Of a stretch of DNA of 64,000 nt, positions 62,235-64,000 are shown piece after piece. The stretch comes from an uncultured Candidatus Saccharibacteria bacterium (lineage in GTDB: Bacteria > Patescibacteriota > Minisyncoccia > Phycocordibacterales > PALSA-1337). Under the pieces are notes generated by a model that was not told the DNA's origin, made no database searches, and saw only the letters and a program-made list of their open reading frames with translations. The DNA lies in assembly GCA_964645315.1 (NCBI GenBank), contig CAZYBH010000001.1:32405-96404 (forward strand). Reading direction: 5' to 3'. The number at the start of each line of letters is the position of its first letter. Position 1 is the first letter of the stretch. The position numbers and the translations under genes were made by a program.

Positions 62235-62639
62235 TTATTTTGGAAAAACTGATATCAAAAATTTCTGATTTTTTCTATTGGTTTTTATTTGAACAAAGAA
62301 AATATTATTATTTAATGTAGTACCGGAAAACCTATATAACTTTTCATTAGATTCTTTTGAGTGAGTATTTATATTGGGGTAGGACTTTGAGTTTCTAATT
62401 AAATCCAAGCAACATAAGTAGTATTTTAATCTTCTGGTTCTATCTTTGAATGATTTTGATCTAATGTGGTCCCAGAAATAATCAAGAAATACTTTTTCAT
62501 TATTAAAATATTTTGATCGTACATAGGGTCTTCTTTTGGATTTAGATTTAATTTTATTGTATATCATAATAGCTTTACGATACACGTCTTTATATGATGT
62601 ACCCCTTAATATTATTTCTCTTGTTACATAAGGTTCCAT
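62235..62639 (-). CDS. Basic hypothetical protein, possibly a RelE/BECR-like RNase fold
   Basis: 134 aa, K/R-rich, C-terminal beta-strands ending LISVFPK; fold is an inference. Confidence 0.65.
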   Translation of the reverse strand: MEPYVTREIILRGTSYKDVYRKAIMIYNKIKSKSKRRPYVRSKYFNNEKVFLDYFWDHIRSKSFKDRTRRLKYYLCCLDLIRNSKSYPNINTHSKESNEKLYRFSGTTLNNNIFFVQIKTNRKNQKFLISVFPK

Positions 62640-62766
62640 GTATTTTCAATATAACAAAGTGAGGTGAAGAAATTATGAAAATTTGATGAAGAAAGGATAA
62701 ATTTTTAAAAATAATTGGTAGGATTGTCGAGGTTGATGATCTATAAGAATTTTGTTATATTTGTAT

Positions 62767-62876
62767 CAATATAAACTTGTGGCCATTGGTTTGCACACTA
62801 AGTTGGTCATTACGGCATTGAAGCTGTTGACAAGACTATGACAAGCTCCTTAATTGGAGCTTGTGTGCTTTTTATT
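62767..62876 (+). ncRNA. Candidate ~110-nt sRNA
   Basis: TTGATG(62733)-17-TATATT(62756); CTTGT/ACAAG closing two hairpins; terminator ACAAGCTCC/GGAGCTTGT. Confidence 0.45.
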
Positions 62877-62981
62877 GGCAGGAGATGTACCCATCTATTT
62901 CATGGGGTAAATCACATGCCCAACAAAAAATCGCAACTGTGAGGTTGCGACTGCGGGTTCGGGCTCCGCTACCGAGGAGAC

Positions 62982-63098
62982 CTACTTTCCGAAGGTCTCC
63001 CGAAGGCCGTAGGCGATGAGCGCCAGTACGGCCGCCACCACGATGGTGGCACCGACGGCCTTCGCAGAGACCGCGAAGGCCATAAATGAAAGGATCAT
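62982..63098 (-). CDS. 38-aa hydrophobic peptide absent from the ORF track
   Basis: MILSFMAFAVSAKAVGATIVVAAVLALIAYGLRETFGK; TTGACA-16-TATAAT 8 nt before ATG; terminator TCGCAAC/GTTGCGA plus T6. Confidence 0.55.
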   Translation of the reverse strand: MILSFMAFAVSAKAVGATIVVAAVLALIAYGLRETFGK

Positions 63099-63177
63099 AC
63101 AATACTATTATACACCAAATAGTATAATTGTCAAGATGGTGATGGTGATTACTCATTTTGCTAAAATTTATAATAAT

Positions 63178-63227
63178 GAAGACTTCGGCCGCAGATCCAA
63201 TGGACTGCAATTTGGCGGAGGTTTTTT
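63178..63227 (+). ncRNA. 50-nt hairpin sRNA-like unit, copy 2
   Basis: Identical to 62180-62229; TGc-TAAAAT at 63162-63167. Confidence 0.55.
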
Positions 63228-63252
63228 ATATTAATTATGATAAAATTCGAGC

Positions 63253-63453
63253 ATGACAATAAAGAATCAATTTACTGCCGTATATAAGAAAACCAAGGAA
63301 TGGTTTGTTGCTTGGGTAGAAGAGATTCCAGGGATTAATACTCAAGGCAAAACTATAACTGAGGCTAGAGAAAATCTCAAAAAAGCAATTTTTTTGATTT
63401 TGGAAACAAATCGCAAATCTGCTCGCAAAAATGTTCGATCATTCAGAGGTTGA
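63253..63453 (+). CDS. hicB: HicB-family antitoxin, probably C-terminally truncated
   Basis: WFVAWVEEIPGINTQGKTITEARENL. Confidence 0.85.
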   Translation: MTIKNQFTAVYKKTKEWFVAWVEEIPGINTQGKTITEARENLKKAIFLILETNRKSARKNVRSFRG

Positions 63454-63505
63454 TGATTATTTAGCAAAAAAGATTTGTAAAGATCTAGGTGTACCGAAAT
63501 ATTGA
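63431..63505 (+). pseudogene. hicA: 3' remnant of a hicA toxin gene
   Basis: HSEVDDYLAKKICKDLGVP matches the HicA C-terminal H.E....LAKKI.K.LG pattern; N-terminal two-thirds absent. Confidence 0.65.
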
Positions 63506-63606
63506 AACATTGAGGTTGAACCATAGTGTTCAATCACCATTTTGCTTACCTTGATAAACAGAAACCCCACCGCCGGCGAACCGGGGGTGGGGTGCGAAAT
63601 CATGTG

Positions 63607-64000
63607 CTAGCTAGCTTGCTTTGCTCGGGCGAGGCGAAAGGCCACCTCCATGGAATGTTGGTGACTGAGGATTGGATTGAACCCGACGCACGCCTCAAGA
63701 TATTGAGACATTTTCCTCTTGGCAACCTTTCTCTGCCAGATTGCCATTCTGGCTGTTTTTTTGCTGTTCGTTGTTAAAGAGCCAACGGTTTTACCTTTAG
63801 ATATCAGTTTCGAAAACTGACCCACGGTCCCAACAAGGTCTTCGCAGACGAGAATCATTCTCGCCTCACGAACAGCCGGTCCGACGATTTTTTTGACGTC
63901 GACAGCTATATGGTCTCGAACAGACAGCAGCTCTATTGTCCCAGCATTCCAGACTACTTGGAACGCTGAAACAACCTTGATCAGAGTGCGTGTGTTGAAC
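63607..64000 (-). CDS. 3' part of a GC-richer orphan CDS starting beyond the window
   Basis: Frame of ORF 63607-63858 stays open to the window edge; terminator hairpin near 63561-63595. Confidence 0.55.
   Translation of the reverse strand, partial: FNTRTLIKVVSAFQVVWNAGTIELLSVRDHIAVDVKKIVGPAVREARMILVCEDLVGTVGQFSKLISKGKTVGSLTTNSKKTARMAIWQRKVAKRKMSQYLEACVGFNPILSHQHSMEVAFRLARAKQAS

Overview
AT-rich bacterial chromosome segment whose gene content suggests a Patescibacteria/CPR (Parcubacteria-like) genome; this assignment is an inference. It carries core genes (tgt, fba, rplY, rnj, secG, groES/EL, rpsP-khpA-trmD, rpoB-rpoC, dnaG-rpoD, hisS, typA, trxB, ftsA/ftsZ, ybeY, rpsU, lepB, pth, rpsA), a tRNA-Ser(GGA), several type IV pilins, a compact Com/T4P-like operon and toxin-antitoxin modules. 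Many genes look leaderless (-10 hexamer 5-8 nt before ATG). The strongest unexplained signal is non-coding. Two intergenic cassettes (about 43825-44320 and 53829-54439) share an ungapped 82-bp promoter module (71/82 identical) and a ~52-bp hairpin-bearing flank, but carry unrelated, hairpin-dense 330-415 nt bodies ending in intrinsic terminators. The second cassette lies between two identical 52-bp direct repeats. Other direct-repeat-bounded inserts with no integrase in the window occur at the rpoC 3' end (a rifampin-phosphotransferase-architecture gene beside an RpoB with a divergent rifampicin pocket) and next to rpsA (a duplicated 50-nt sRNA-like unit). An attenuator-like RNA with a His-His mini-ORF lies upstream of hisS. 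All RNA structures were paired by eye, not computed.
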